Source: Xylella taiwanensis (GTDB taxonomy: Bacteria > Pseudomonadota > Gammaproteobacteria > Xanthomonadales > Xanthomonadaceae). Taken from it: a stretch of 32,000 bases of DNA. This document shows, in pieces, positions 18,196 to 27,964 of the stretch. The stretch's first letter is position 1. Every line of letters begins with the position of its first letter. The notes under the pieces are model-generated. The model saw only the letters and a program-made list of their open reading frames with translations, was not told the DNA's origin and did not search any database. The position numbers were made by a program, and so were the translations under genes. The stretch covers positions 840,001 to 872,000 of the forward strand of contig NZ_CP053627.1 in the NCBI RefSeq assembly GCF_013177435.1. The letters run 5' to 3'.

Positions 18196-18532
18196 TCTTG
18201 ATAGCAGCACAGCAGTTGCACTGCATAGTGTTATCTTCACTATGACTGTTGATGGATAGTGTCATGGCATTGTGTGTGGTCATGTTTTTTTATGTGTTTC
18301 GATTGACACCCATTGTTTGATGTCGGGTTAACTTAGATGGAAGATTAAAGTTGCCATCCATCATGTCTGATCAATCTCCTGATTGTGCGAATGGATTGTT
18401 TGAGTCGCTGTGTTTATTTAAGGAGGAATACTAATAGATAGCATAGATAGCAACGTATTTTGGATTGGAAATTGCCGGGTATGTTCCCGGCCCCAAGACG
18501 CAGGGGATGCGTCAATCAAAAGGAGTAAGTCA

Positions 18533-18784
18533 ATGCGTACATTATCTGTTGCTGAGGTTTCAGAGGTTTCTGGAGGTAACCCTATGACTGATGGTGCATC
18601 AATTGGGGCTGGTTTCGGTGCTTTTGGTAGCATTATGACTGGTGCTACTTCAGCGGCTACAATTGGCGCATCTGCCGCCACATGGGGATTGCTTGGTGCG
18701 GCTGCGGGAGGAGGTTGGATGGTTGGAACATTTATTTATAATAGATTCTTCGCTCCTTCTATGTCTGCTTCTATTGCTTATTGA
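18533..18784 (+). CDS. Glycine/alanine-rich double-glycine-leader bacteriocin precursor P8 (colicin V/microcin V-like)
   Basis: Sequence: MRTLSVAEVSEVSGG|NPMTDGASIGAGFGAFGSIMTGATSAATIGASAATWGLLGAAAGGGWMVGTFIYNRFFAPSMSASIAY. The leader closely resembles the microcin V leader MRTLTLNELDSVSGG. AAGGAG lies 7 nt upstream. Confidence 0.85.
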   Translation: MRTLSVAEVSEVSGGNPMTDGASIGAGFGAFGSIMTGATSAATIGASAATWGLLGAAAGGGWMVGTFIYNRFFAPSMSASIAY

Positions 18785-18793
18785 GGAATAAAA

Positions 18794-19039
18794 ATGATGA
18801 ATATACATGAGCTATCACCTTCTGAAGTAATGCAAATTGATGGATCCGGCATGGCTGAATGGGTCGATACAGGCGCTGCTATTGGCATGATTGCAGGTTA
18901 CGCTATTCAGGGAGGTTTGGCTGGTGCAAGCCGAGGTGGACTTATTGGAGCTGCTGGTGGATTTTCTGGTGGATTAGGTTGGGGGGTTGGAACATTTATT
19001 TATAATAGATTTTTATCTCCTTATCCGATGATTCGTTAA
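18794..19039 (+). CDS. Glycine-rich bacteriocin precursor P9, paralog of P8
   Basis: Sequence: MMNIHELSPSEVMQIDGS|GMAEWVDTGAAIGMIAGYAIQGGLAGASRGGLIGAAGGFSGGLGWGVGTFIYNRFLSPYPMIR. The leader fits the consensus if cleaved after Gly-Ser. It shares the W.VGTFIYNRF block with P8. GAGGA lies upstream. Confidence 0.8.
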   Translation: MMNIHELSPSEVMQIDGSGMAEWVDTGAAIGMIAGYAIQGGLAGASRGGLIGAAGGFSGGLGWGVGTFIYNRFLSPYPMIR

Positions 19040-19050
19040 GTTTAATCTGT

Positions 19051-19077
19051 GTGGGCACTATGATTTTGGGTGCCCAC
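19051..19077 (+). terminator. Stem-loop between P9 and the first immunity-like gene; possible partial terminator or mRNA-stability element
   Basis: GTGGGCAC (19051-19058) pairs with GTGCCCAC (19070-19077): an 8-bp perfect GC-rich stem and an 11-nt loop, followed by CTTT. Confidence 0.4.
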
Positions 19078-19093
19078 CTTTAAAGGTGATGAA

Positions 19094-19390
19094 ATGAACA
19101 AGTTTAAAGCCATGATGATTGCCTTCGATGATTGTATTGCATCGAATCTTTTGGCGGAAGGGGTCAGCAGACTCCGGATGAAAATGGTTTTTTTTACGGG
19201 GTTTATTTTTGTATTTTTATATATTGTGTTTACGGATATAGATATTGCCTCATTCGATGTTGGGATGTGCGTGATACTTGTGATTGCTCTCTCTATAGGC
19301 TTGTTATGTATAAATCGTTATTTTAAAAGTCATTTTCATGCTGATGGGAGTCTAAAGAAAAAAAAGAATAGTTCTGAAGATGCAGTTTGA
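19094..19390 (+). CDS. Small two-TM membrane protein, putative bacteriocin immunity protein (copy 1)
   Basis: The track ORF starts at a GTG at 19070, inside the hairpin. The ATG at 19094 follows AGGTGA. Hydrophobic segments are MVFFTGFIFVFLYIVF and MCVILVIALSIGLLCI. It lies directly downstream of the P8/P9 precursors. Confidence 0.6.
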   Translation: MNKFKAMMIAFDDCIASNLLAEGVSRLRMKMVFFTGFIFVFLYIVFTDIDIASFDVGMCVILVIALSIGLLCINRYFKSHFHADGSLKKKKNSSEDAV

Positions 19391-19459
19391 ACAAGAATAA
19401 TGGGTCAGGTATAAATCAGTGAAACTTAAAATAATACTATTACAGGTGGAGCATTCAGC

Positions 19460-19738
19460 TTGAAATCTATGATTGTTGCATTTAATAATTTCATTAAATT
19501 ATATCTTCCGGTGTGTGGCAGGTTCTTTGTGAAACTTTTTGGATTTATTAGCTTTATTCTAGTGTTTTTATATTCTTCGGATATAGATCTTTCCTCATTG
19601 GATATTGGAGGAGCGGCGATACTTGCGGTTGCTCTCTCTGCATGTTTATTATTAACAAATCATTATTTTGACATTCATTTTCATGATGATGGGAGTCTTG
19701 AAGAAAAAAAGGATGCCTCTGATGAGGTAACTAGGTAA
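19460..19738 (+). CDS. Small two-TM membrane protein, putative immunity protein (copy 2, paralog of 19094-19390)
   Basis: It aligns with copy 1 across the shared pattern (M)I.AF..(I), F..FI.VFLY, DID..S.D.G, IL..ALS..LL..N.YF..HFH.DGSL..KK. The start is the TTG at 19460 (GGTGGAG upstream) or the ATG at 19469. Confidence 0.6.
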   Translation: MKSMIVAFNNFIKLYLPVCGRFFVKLFGFISFILVFLYSSDIDLSSLDIGGAAILAVALSACLLLTNHYFDIHFHDDGSLEEKKDASDEVTR

Positions 19739-19744
19739 CTGGCC

Positions 19745-19835
19745 CTGAGTAATCGGAGTAGGCACAAATCAGCGCGGTTTGAAACGTTACTATGACAAAT
19801 GGAGCACGCAGTCTTTTTTAAATGATTGTTGCGGT
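19745..19835 (+). pseudogene. Decayed third copy of the immunity-gene 5' region
   Basis: The spacer plus start after copy 2 (...AAATCAG...TGAAAC...TACTAT.ACA..TGGAGCA..CAG...ATGATTGTTGC) aligns with the spacer plus start between copies 1 and 2 (19391-19480). Homology is lost about 12 nt into the ORF. Confidence 0.5.
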
Positions 19836-20878
19836 ATTTTCTAAATGCGGATCCCTTCATGGAAATTGTTTCCCTTGCGCCATCCAGATCCAGAGAAGCG
19901 GCTATTTACTACAGCCGTGGTTAGCATTGAGCGATCCGGCGATGAAAAACATGCTTTACGAGATCACCTCCTGGGGTTGTATGGTCAAAATGACAGAGTG
20001 AGATTTTTCCGTCATTCTGTCGTACAAAGGCTGATCGATCCTCGGCATGCAATATGACCCATCTTGCCACGAGGCGACGTCAAGTGGTGAGTGCTGGCAC
20101 TGGCAGAGGGATAGTGACGTAGGCATAGCATGATGTGCTTTCAGGTGGGATCGCTTGGCTGTGCTGGTGATGGTGGATTGCCGAACCGTTGGTTGAACTC
20201 CGTAAAATTGAAACTCTGATTTCTGAAGGGCTTTAGAGATTGATCTCAAGTCTGTTGATCAGTGTTGCTAACAGCGTCGTTAGTGTGACTCTTGTCACAA
20301 TATTGAATGTTTGATAGATCAAGTCGCGTGGAAGGCGTCGCCGTGAGTAGGCGGGGCAGCCGCGTGACATATGTTATGTTGGCTGGATTGGTGGTGAACA
20401 CCAATGGGGTGAACATATTTTGGCGGCCTTAGCTAATTTGGGGTCAAGTGCCGCCCAGGGGCTTGAAGTTCGTTGTGTAATTGCTTGTGCGTTGCTTATC
20501 TGTCCCTATCGATGGTGATCATACAGTTGCCCGGCAATGTGGGTTCCAGGTGATGTCCCCAGTACATCTGCAGGATGTGCGATGTATCCACGGTAGTGGG
20601 AACGATATGTTCAGGATGCCACCTTTAATCCGGAAGATGTCAGCGGTGAGAGGCCACACATTGGTGCGGACGTGAGCGGGGCTGTTGCGGTGGCATTGGT
20701 CTTTCTGCCGGCAATAGATCACCGGTGTGTGGATTCATGGAGGATCAAAGTCACGGTTGTTGAGTACTGGGATCGCGCCTATGGCTACCAAGTTTTTTTA
20801 GGTGGATGACACATTGGTGCTGGATGCTGCTTTTCCCTTGCTTGCATCGGGGGGGATTGTTAGGCTACCCGGCTTTAA

Positions 20879-21994
<1,116 letters not shown>

Positions 21995-22189
21995 TGGGCT
22001 GCCATGGCGATTCCGTATGATCCATACATGTTTCACGCAGGGAAGGGAGGATATCCTCCAGATTGATTTGCGGTCAGGCTGAGATGCATTTCGTGGCGCG
22101 CCGTACGGGGCAGGATAGGTGCCATGTTGATGCCTCTGTAAGGTTGTCGACGTTGTGAACCTTAGATTTTTCGATCATGTGGTTTTTCT

Positions 22190-23155
22190 GTGCCCTCCTA
22201 TCCCGGTTTTTCATTAGCGTCCCGTTCGCCAGGAGTTGTCAGCACAATACGCTTGCTGACCTACTTAACCTTGGCAATTGCGTTGATTCTGCTCGACAGC
22301 CGCAGCGCTTGGTTGTCGCAGTTACGTCAGCAGGCTAACTGGTTGGTGCAACCGGTGTGGGCATTGGCTGGGTTGCCTGGTTGGTTTGGTGGCCAGCTCA
22401 GCGAGCGTGCAATCAGTCATGCTCGTCTGGTTATCGAAAACCGTCAGCTCCGCAATCAGCTGTTGATTGCAAATGCTCGTCTGACCCGGTTGCAAACCGC
22501 AGCGCGTGACAATGCCCAGTTGCGTGAGTTGCTGAATTTGGCTGAGCATCGTGGCCTGGATGTGCAGTTGGCACCGATCTTGGATGTTGACCTGGACCCA
22601 ACCCGACAACGCCTTGTCCTGGATGCCGGCAGCCGTGATGGTGTCAGGCTCGGTCAAGCGGTGATTGATGCTGGCGGTTTAATGGGGCAGGTGATCGAGG
22701 TGACGCCGCTGCATTCGATTGTGCTGCTGTTGACGGATCCGGATCACGCGGTGCCGGTGACTGTGGCACGCAATGGTGTGCGTCTGATTGTGTATGGCCG
22801 GGGTGATCGCTTGGAACTGCGCGATATCCCGCTCAGTGCAGGTGTGAAAGTTGGTGACGTCGTGATTACTTCAGGGCTGGGAGGTCGTTTCCCTGCTGGT
22901 TTCCCGGTGGGTAGCATTTCGGCACTGCGCCCGGATGATAGCCATGCTTTCCTCGTCGGGGAGATCACGCCGGCAGCTAAGTTGGATCGTGGTCGTAACG
23001 TGCTGTTGCTGCGTTCTGGACCGCTGTTGCCGCGCTTTGGTGCGGCCGTATCACCTGGTGTCAGAAGCCCGTTAACATCGATCACTGACTCAAAGAGTGC
23101 GCTTTACCCTGTCAACTCCTTTTCTTCCGAGTTGATCGAGGAACCGCAGCAATGA
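22190..23155 (+). CDS. mreC: Rod shape-determining protein MreC
   Basis: It follows mreB. It has an N-terminal TM segment, a coiled-coil (ENRQLRNQLLIANARLTRLQ) and the C-terminal beta-domain motif TSGLGGRFPAGFPVG. The start is a GTG. Confidence 0.9.
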   Translation: MPSYPGFSLASRSPGVVSTIRLLTYLTLAIALILLDSRSAWLSQLRQQANWLVQPVWALAGLPGWFGGQLSERAISHARLVIENRQLRNQLLIANARLTRLQTAARDNAQLRELLNLAEHRGLDVQLAPILDVDLDPTRQRLVLDAGSRDGVRLGQAVIDAGGLMGQVIEVTPLHSIVLLLTDPDHAVPVTVARNGVRLIVYGRGDRLELRDIPLSAGVKVGDVVITSGLGGRFPAGFPVGSISALRPDDSHAFLVGEITPAAKLDRGRNVLLLRSGPLLPRFGAAVSPGVRSPLTSITDSKSALYPVNSFSSELIEEPQQ

Positions 23156-23637
23156 CCCGACCGCGTAATGCTTGGCTGTTGCCAGTCAGCGTGATATTGG
23201 CTTTGCTGCTGGGATTGCTTCCGTTACCAGAGCCAATACGTCCGCTGCGTCCGTACTGGTTGGCACTGGTGCTGATGTACTGGGTCATCGAGACGCCTGG
23301 TCAAGTTGGGATAGGTTTCGCTTTTGCAATGGGTGTCCTGGCGGACTTGCTATATGGTGGCTTGTTAGGGGAGCAGGCGTTGCGCCTGGTGGTGATGTTG
23401 TTCATCGTGCAACGTTTCCGAGCCCGCCTGCGCTTCTTTCCGGTGCCGCAGCAGGCGTTGGTCATCGGTGGCTTGCTATTCAACGATTGTGTGGTTGCCA
23501 TGGCGTTGCACCTGACTTTGGGCGAGCCGCTGTTGCCGTGGAGTTACTGGTGGGCACCGCTATTGGGAATGCTGTTGTGGGGGCCGTTGTTTGTATTGCT
23601 GGATGCGTTACGACTCGGTCATGGGAGTCGGAAGTGA
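23152..23637 (+). CDS. mreD: Rod shape-determining protein MreD
   Basis: A small polytopic membrane protein with an ATGA overlap with mreC, in the conserved mreBCD position. Confidence 0.88.
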   Translation: MTRPRNAWLLPVSVILALLLGLLPLPEPIRPLRPYWLALVLMYWVIETPGQVGIGFAFAMGVLADLLYGGLLGEQALRLVVMLFIVQRFRARLRFFPVPQQALVIGGLLFNDCVVAMALHLTLGEPLLPWSYWWAPLLGMLLWGPLFVLLDALRLGHGSRK

Positions 23638-23641
23638 ACCG

Positions 23642-25705
23642 ATGAACGTGCCTCATCCACAAGCCAAGCATACGTATGCCGAAGTTGAACAGTTTCGCCG
23701 TCGTGCGTTACTGAGCTTGTTCTTCGTCATGGTGTGTCTGTTTGGTTTAGTTGCCTGGTACTTCAAGCTGCAGGTACTCGATCATGAGATCTATGCGACA
23801 CGTTCTGATGCCAACCGGATCAAATTGCATCCAGTCGTGCCAGGGCGCGGCATGATTTACGACCGGGACGGACGGCTTTTGGCGGATAACGTGCCTGCAT
23901 TCCGATTGGACGTGATGCCGGATAAGGTTGACGACATGGAAGCAATGCTCGTTGAGCTGGGGAAGGTGATTCCGCTTTCAGCGGATGAACTGGAGCGTTT
24001 TCACCGCGAGCGCAAGGTGCGTCGAAGATTTATGCCGGTGACATTGAAGCTGCGTATGAGTGAGGAGGAGAGGGCGCGTTTTGCTGTCGATCGTTGGCGC
24101 TTCCCTGGTGTGGAGTTAGAGCCCTATCTGACCCGCCGTTACCCGTATGGCGATTTGTTTGCCCACGTGATCGGTTATGTCGGTCGTATCGACGAAAAGG
24201 ATTTGGAGGTGCTGAAGGGAGGGGATGTTGCGTTGACATACATCGGTAAATCGGGTCTGGAGCGTTATTATGAGCAAGTGCTGCGTGGCAGGATCGGTTA
24301 CCAGCAAATCGAGACCAATGTGCAAGGACGTGCAATCCGGAGCCTGGGACAGGTAACAGCACAGGCGGGTGCCGACTTGCGGTTGTCGATTGACGCTGAC
24401 TTGCAGCGTGCGATGGTGGCTGCGTTTGGCCAATATGAAGGGGCCGCGGTGGCGATGGATCCACGCACCGGGGAGATTCTGGGAATGGTGAGTTTACCCA
24501 GCTATGATCCCAATTTGTTCGTCAATGGCATTTCTCATGCTCAATTCGACGCTCTTAATGCTGACCCTTCGCGGCCGCAGTTTAACCGTTTGGTATCGGG
24601 CGGCGTGGCTCCTGGTTCCACACTCAAGCCGTTGATCGCGTTGGCCGGATTGGATGCTGGTGTGCGTCGGCCTGAGGACCGGATTTTGTCTACCGGTATG
24701 TTCTACCTGCCCGGTGTCAACCGGGGTTGGGGGGATGCACATCGTGGTGGTCATGGTTGGACTGATTTGCGTAAATCGATCGCGCAGTCGGTCAATACTT
24801 ACTACTATAAATTGGCGTTGGATCTGGGCATCGAGCGCTTCACCGACTACATGCGTCGCTATGGCCTCGGTCAGCTCACCGGGATCGATTTGACCGGAGA
24901 GATCAGTGGCATCCTCCCGTCCCTTGAATATAAGCGCAAGGTGCGTAAACAGGCTTGGTATCAGGGCGATACGGTCAATGTTTCGATTGGGCAGGGAGAC
25001 TGGAAAGTAACCCTGCTTCAGTTGGTGCGTAGCGTTGCTGGTTTGGCCAGTGGTCAGATGAACCGCCCGCATTTGGTCGTTGCCGAGCGTACTGGTTTCA
25101 GCCAGCCGTGGCAGGTACTGGCGCAGCCAGCATCACAGCCGATCAGCCCGAATCCGGCGAATGTGCAGGTGGTGCGCGAGGGCATGATAGACACAATGCG
25201 TCCTGGAGGGACGGGCTACCAGGCTGCGGTTGGTGCACCGTATTCGATTGCTGGCAAGACCGGTACTGCGCAAGTGGCTAGCCGTAAGGGGACTGCTGCA
25301 GTTGATCCGCGTAACTTACCAATGCATTTACGCCACCGTGCGTTATTTGTTGGTTTTGCTCCGGCTGACAATCCGACGATCGCCGTGGCGATTGCGGTAG
25401 AGGGGGGCGGTTACGGTGCCAGCACTGCTGCACCCATTGCACGCAAGATTTTTGATGCTTGGTTGCTAGGCAAGCTACCGGAGGGCTTGGAGCCGTTGGA
25501 TAGTGCACGAGGTCGCACCGCAATTGGTTTGACTCAGTTTGATACTACCGTTGCTGAAGTCTGTGAAGCTGGCAACCGTGCTGCGTTGCAACTGGGAGAA
25601 CTGCAGGTTTCGGTCGCTGCTTGGATGTTAAATTCAGCCAGCATGATGCCAGCCGTGCCGCGTGCCCCGGTGATGCTCGATCCTTCACAGGAGGAAGACC
25701 CTTGA
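23642..25705 (+). CDS. mrdA: Penicillin-binding protein 2 (peptidoglycan D,D-transpeptidase MrdA)
   Basis: Transpeptidase motifs GSTLKP (SxxK) and KTGTAQV (KTG) are present, with an N-terminal TM anchor. The ATG at 23642 lies just after the mreD stop; the track ORF begins at 23591, inside mreD. Confidence 0.93.
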   Translation: MNVPHPQAKHTYAEVEQFRRRALLSLFFVMVCLFGLVAWYFKLQVLDHEIYATRSDANRIKLHPVVPGRGMIYDRDGRLLADNVPAFRLDVMPDKVDDMEAMLVELGKVIPLSADELERFHRERKVRRRFMPVTLKLRMSEEERARFAVDRWRFPGVELEPYLTRRYPYGDLFAHVIGYVGRIDEKDLEVLKGGDVALTYIGKSGLERYYEQVLRGRIGYQQIETNVQGRAIRSLGQVTAQAGADLRLSIDADLQRAMVAAFGQYEGAAVAMDPRTGEILGMVSLPSYDPNLFVNGISHAQFDALNADPSRPQFNRLVSGGVAPGSTLKPLIALAGLDAGVRRPEDRILSTGMFYLPGVNRGWGDAHRGGHGWTDLRKSIAQSVNTYYYKLALDLGIERFTDYMRRYGLGQLTGIDLTGEISGILPSLEYKRKVRKQAWYQGDTVNVSIGQGDWKVTLLQLVRSVAGLASGQMNRPHLVVAERTGFSQPWQVLAQPASQPISPNPANVQVVREGMIDTMRPGGTGYQAAVGAPYSIAGKTGTAQVASRKGTAAVDPRNLPMHLRHRALFVGFAPADNPTIAVAIAVEGGGYGASTAAPIARKIFDAWLLGKLPEGLEPLDSARGRTAIGLTQFDTTVAEVCEAGNRAALQLGELQVSVAAWMLNSASMMPAVPRAPVMLDPSQEEDP

Positions 25706-26823
25706 GGGATTTGTTGCGTTGGGGTGTGGATCTGGTGTTGCGCTTTACGCGTACTTTGGATTTGCCACTATGTTTGGCACTTGGGGCATTGATGGTGATT
25801 GGGTTGATGGTGATGCATAGTGCTGGTGCTGCCGTCACTGGTACCCGTCACTTGATGTTGTCGCAGAGTGCGCGTTTTGCGTTTGGGCTGGTGACAATGT
25901 GGTGTTTGTCAAGGGTCCCAGTGCCCCGCCTGCGTGCTTGGAGCCCACTGATTTACGTGTTGTCGATGCTGCCGTTGATGGCGGTATTCGTGCTGGGTAC
26001 TGGCAAATACGGGCGCCAGTGGTTGGACCTGAAGCTATTTTATTTGCAGCCCGCTGAGCTACTGAAAATCAGTTTGCCAATGATGATGGCTTGGTACCTC
26101 CAACGTATGCCACTGCCACCGCGCCTGTTTACGGTGGTGGTCAGCTTCATGATCATAGGTTTGCCGACCGCGCTCATCATGCTGCAACCAGATTTTGGCA
26201 CCAGTGTGTTGGTCGCTGCCTCTGGTGTGTTCGTGTTATTGCTGGCTGGCTTGCCATGGTGGTGGATTGGGATCGGCATCGTTGGTATTGCCATGATCGC
26301 ACCGGTCGGTTGGTGTTGGCTGCTGCGACCGTATCAGAAGGATCGCATCATGATGTTTCTTAATCCGGAGAACGACACGCTTGGCGCGGGTTGGAACATT
26401 ATTCAGTCTAAGATCGCGATTGGTTCGGGAGGGCTGGCCGGTAAGGGCTGGGGCCTTGGGACACAATCGCACCTTAACTTTATTCCGGAGCAGACGACTG
26501 ACTTTGCGTTTTCAGTACTGAGTGAAGAGTTTGGTTGGGTTGGCGTGACTACGGTGCTGATGCTGTACTTGGTAGTCATCATGCGCTGCTTGTGGATTGC
26601 CGGACAAGCACGCGATACTTATTCGCGTTTGCTTGCTGGCGCCGTTGCTTTGTCTTTTTTTGTCTATGTGTTGGTCAACGGTGGTATGATCTCAGGTTTA
26701 CTGCCAGTGGTGGGTGTACCAATGCCATTGATGAGTTATGGCGGTACTTCGGCGGTTTCTTTACTGGTTGGTTTCGGTTTGGTGATGGCGGTACGTTCGC
26801 ATCGGCGAGTGCATCGCGGTTGA
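25702..26823 (+). CDS. rodA: SEDS-family peptidoglycan glycosyltransferase RodA
   Basis: It is polytopic and carries the SEDS motifs GAGWNIIQSKIAIGSGGLAGKGWG and PEQTTDFAFSVLSEEFGW. The TTG at 25702 is preceded by AGGAGGA at 6-nt spacing and overlaps the mrdA stop. The track start at 25621 would overlap mrdA by 85 nt. Confidence 0.9.
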   Translation: MRDLLRWGVDLVLRFTRTLDLPLCLALGALMVIGLMVMHSAGAAVTGTRHLMLSQSARFAFGLVTMWCLSRVPVPRLRAWSPLIYVLSMLPLMAVFVLGTGKYGRQWLDLKLFYLQPAELLKISLPMMMAWYLQRMPLPPRLFTVVVSFMIIGLPTALIMLQPDFGTSVLVAASGVFVLLLAGLPWWWIGIGIVGIAMIAPVGWCWLLRPYQKDRIMMFLNPENDTLGAGWNIIQSKIAIGSGGLAGKGWGLGTQSHLNFIPEQTTDFAFSVLSEEFGWVGVTTVLMLYLVVIMRCLWIAGQARDTYSRLLAGAVALSFFVYVLVNGGMISGLLPVVGVPMPLMSYGGTSAVSLLVGFGLVMAVRSHRRVHRG

Positions 26824-26923
26824 GTATGAGTGATGAAGGAAAATAGCCAGGTATGTCTATCCAGCCGTTTGATACGTTAGTCCCTCGTTACAATGCTAAG
26901 CATGCAGAACGAGTGTTTCTGTA

Positions 26924-27964
26924 TTGAAAAAGTCCGATTTTCATTACAACTTACCTGAGGATCTGATTGCCCAAGCGCCCTTACCGGAACGCTCAGCAAG
27001 TCGTCTGATGCTTGTGCCGCCAATACCAGAGCGATTGCAGGACTGCTATGTGCGTGATTTGCCAGAACTATTGCAGCCTGGAGATTTGCTGGTATTCAAC
27101 GACACGCGGGTGATCCCGGCGCGGCTTTTTGGGAAGAAGGTGAGCGGTGGTCGGGTTGAGATCTTGATTGAGCGCTTGCTCGGTGCGCAGCAGGTAGCGG
27201 CACAGTTGCGTACTAGCAGGCCGCCCAAAGTGGGCAACAGAATTTTGCTGGATGCTGGTGGTCGTGTCGAGGTGCTTGGTCGTGACGGTGAGTTCTATTT
27301 GTTGGGTTTCGAGGTTGACTTACCTTTGGAACAGTGGTTATCGGATGTCGGTCAGTTGCCGCTGCCTCCGTATATCCGCCGCGAGCCTGAGCAGAATGAC
27401 CGTGAGCGCTATCAAACGGTGTTTGCACGTGCAGCGGGTGCTGTAGCGGCACCCACCGCTGGTTTACACTTCGATGAGTCGCTGTTGGCACGGCTACGCG
27501 CGCGTGGGATAAAGTTTGGTTATATCACCTTGCATGTAGGAGCGGGCACGTTCCAGCCGGTGCGGGTAGCGTTACTGCAACAGCACGTGATGCACAGTGA
27601 ATGGTTCAATGTTGGTGCTGAATTGGTCGAGCAAGTGCGTAGTACCCGCGCGCGGGGTGGCCGAGTCATTGCCGTTGGCACGACCGTGGTGCGCTCATTG
27701 GAGAGTGCGATGCGTAATGGGGAGTTGCAACCATTTGTTGGCGAGACTCGGATCTTCATTTTCCCCGGTTATTGCATTCGCAGTGTGGATGCAATGGTGA
27801 CTAACTTTCACTTGCCTGAGAGTACATTGTTGATGCTGGTTGCTGCTTTTGCGGGGCGTACGCGTGTTCTTGAAGCCTACCGTCATGCAGTGCAGGAGCA
27901 TTACCGTTTTTTCAGTTACGGAGACGCGATGTTACTGTTTCCGCGTAATGCTGGTGAGCAATAA
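26924..27964 (+). CDS. queA: S-adenosylmethionine:tRNA ribosyltransferase-isomerase
   Basis: [33 protein letters not shown] and [15 protein letters not shown] are QueA motifs. The start is a TTG. Confidence 0.93.
   Translation: MKKSDFHYNLPEDLIAQAPLPERSASRLMLVPPIPERLQDCYVRDLPELLQPGDLLVFNDTRVIPARLFGKKVSGGRVEILIERLLGAQQVAAQLRTSRPPKVGNRILLDAGGRVEVLGRDGEFYLLGFEVDLPLEQWLSDVGQLPLPPYIRREPEQNDRERYQTVFARAAGAVAAPTAGLHFDESLLARLRARGIKFGYITLHVGAGTFQPVRVALLQQHVMHSEWFNVGAELVEQVRSTRARGGRVIAVGTTVVRSLESAMRNGELQPFVGETRIFIFPGYCIRSVDAMVTNFHLPESTLLMLVAAFAGRTRVLEAYRHAVQEHYRFFSYGDAMLLFPRNAGEQ

Larger units (their letters stand above)
16050..19840. other. AT-rich genomic islet encoding the double-glycine-leader peptide locus
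   Basis: Composition drops abruptly to AT-rich sequence right after the ThrE-family stop. It returns to about 50% G+C near 19840, where homology to the islet's internal repeat ends. No integrase, tRNA or obvious flanking direct repeats are present. Confidence 0.7.

Noticed and set aside
18419-18532. AAGGAGGA at 18419-18426 followed by an open frame in phase with P8, possibly a longer P8 precursor
   Set aside because: There is no ATG, GTG or TTG at a suitable distance after that RBS. The leader consensus begins precisely at the ATG at 18533, which has its own AAGGAG.
18418-18681. 87-aa minus-strand ORF overlapping P8
   Set aside because: It lies antisense to the P8 precursor, which has a canonical leader and RBS. 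Its Ala/Pro-rich translation is typical of the reverse complement of Gly/Ala-rich coding sequence.
19822-20001. 59-codon ORF starting with the immunity-like ATGATTGTTGC
   Set aside because: Only the first few codons resemble the immunity paralogs. The remainder is not hydrophobic and lies in different-composition DNA. I interpret it as a truncated remnant rather than a functional gene.
19845-20249. Overlapping ORFs 19845-20057 (+) and 19956-20249 (-)
   Set aside because: They overlap each other, lack RBSs and have no recognisable domains. I could not choose between them.
23172-23645. 157-aa ORF in an alternative frame of mreD
   Set aside because: The mreD frame gives a polytopic membrane protein with an ATGA coupling to mreC. 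The alternative frame is Ala/Gly/Arg-rich off-frame noise.
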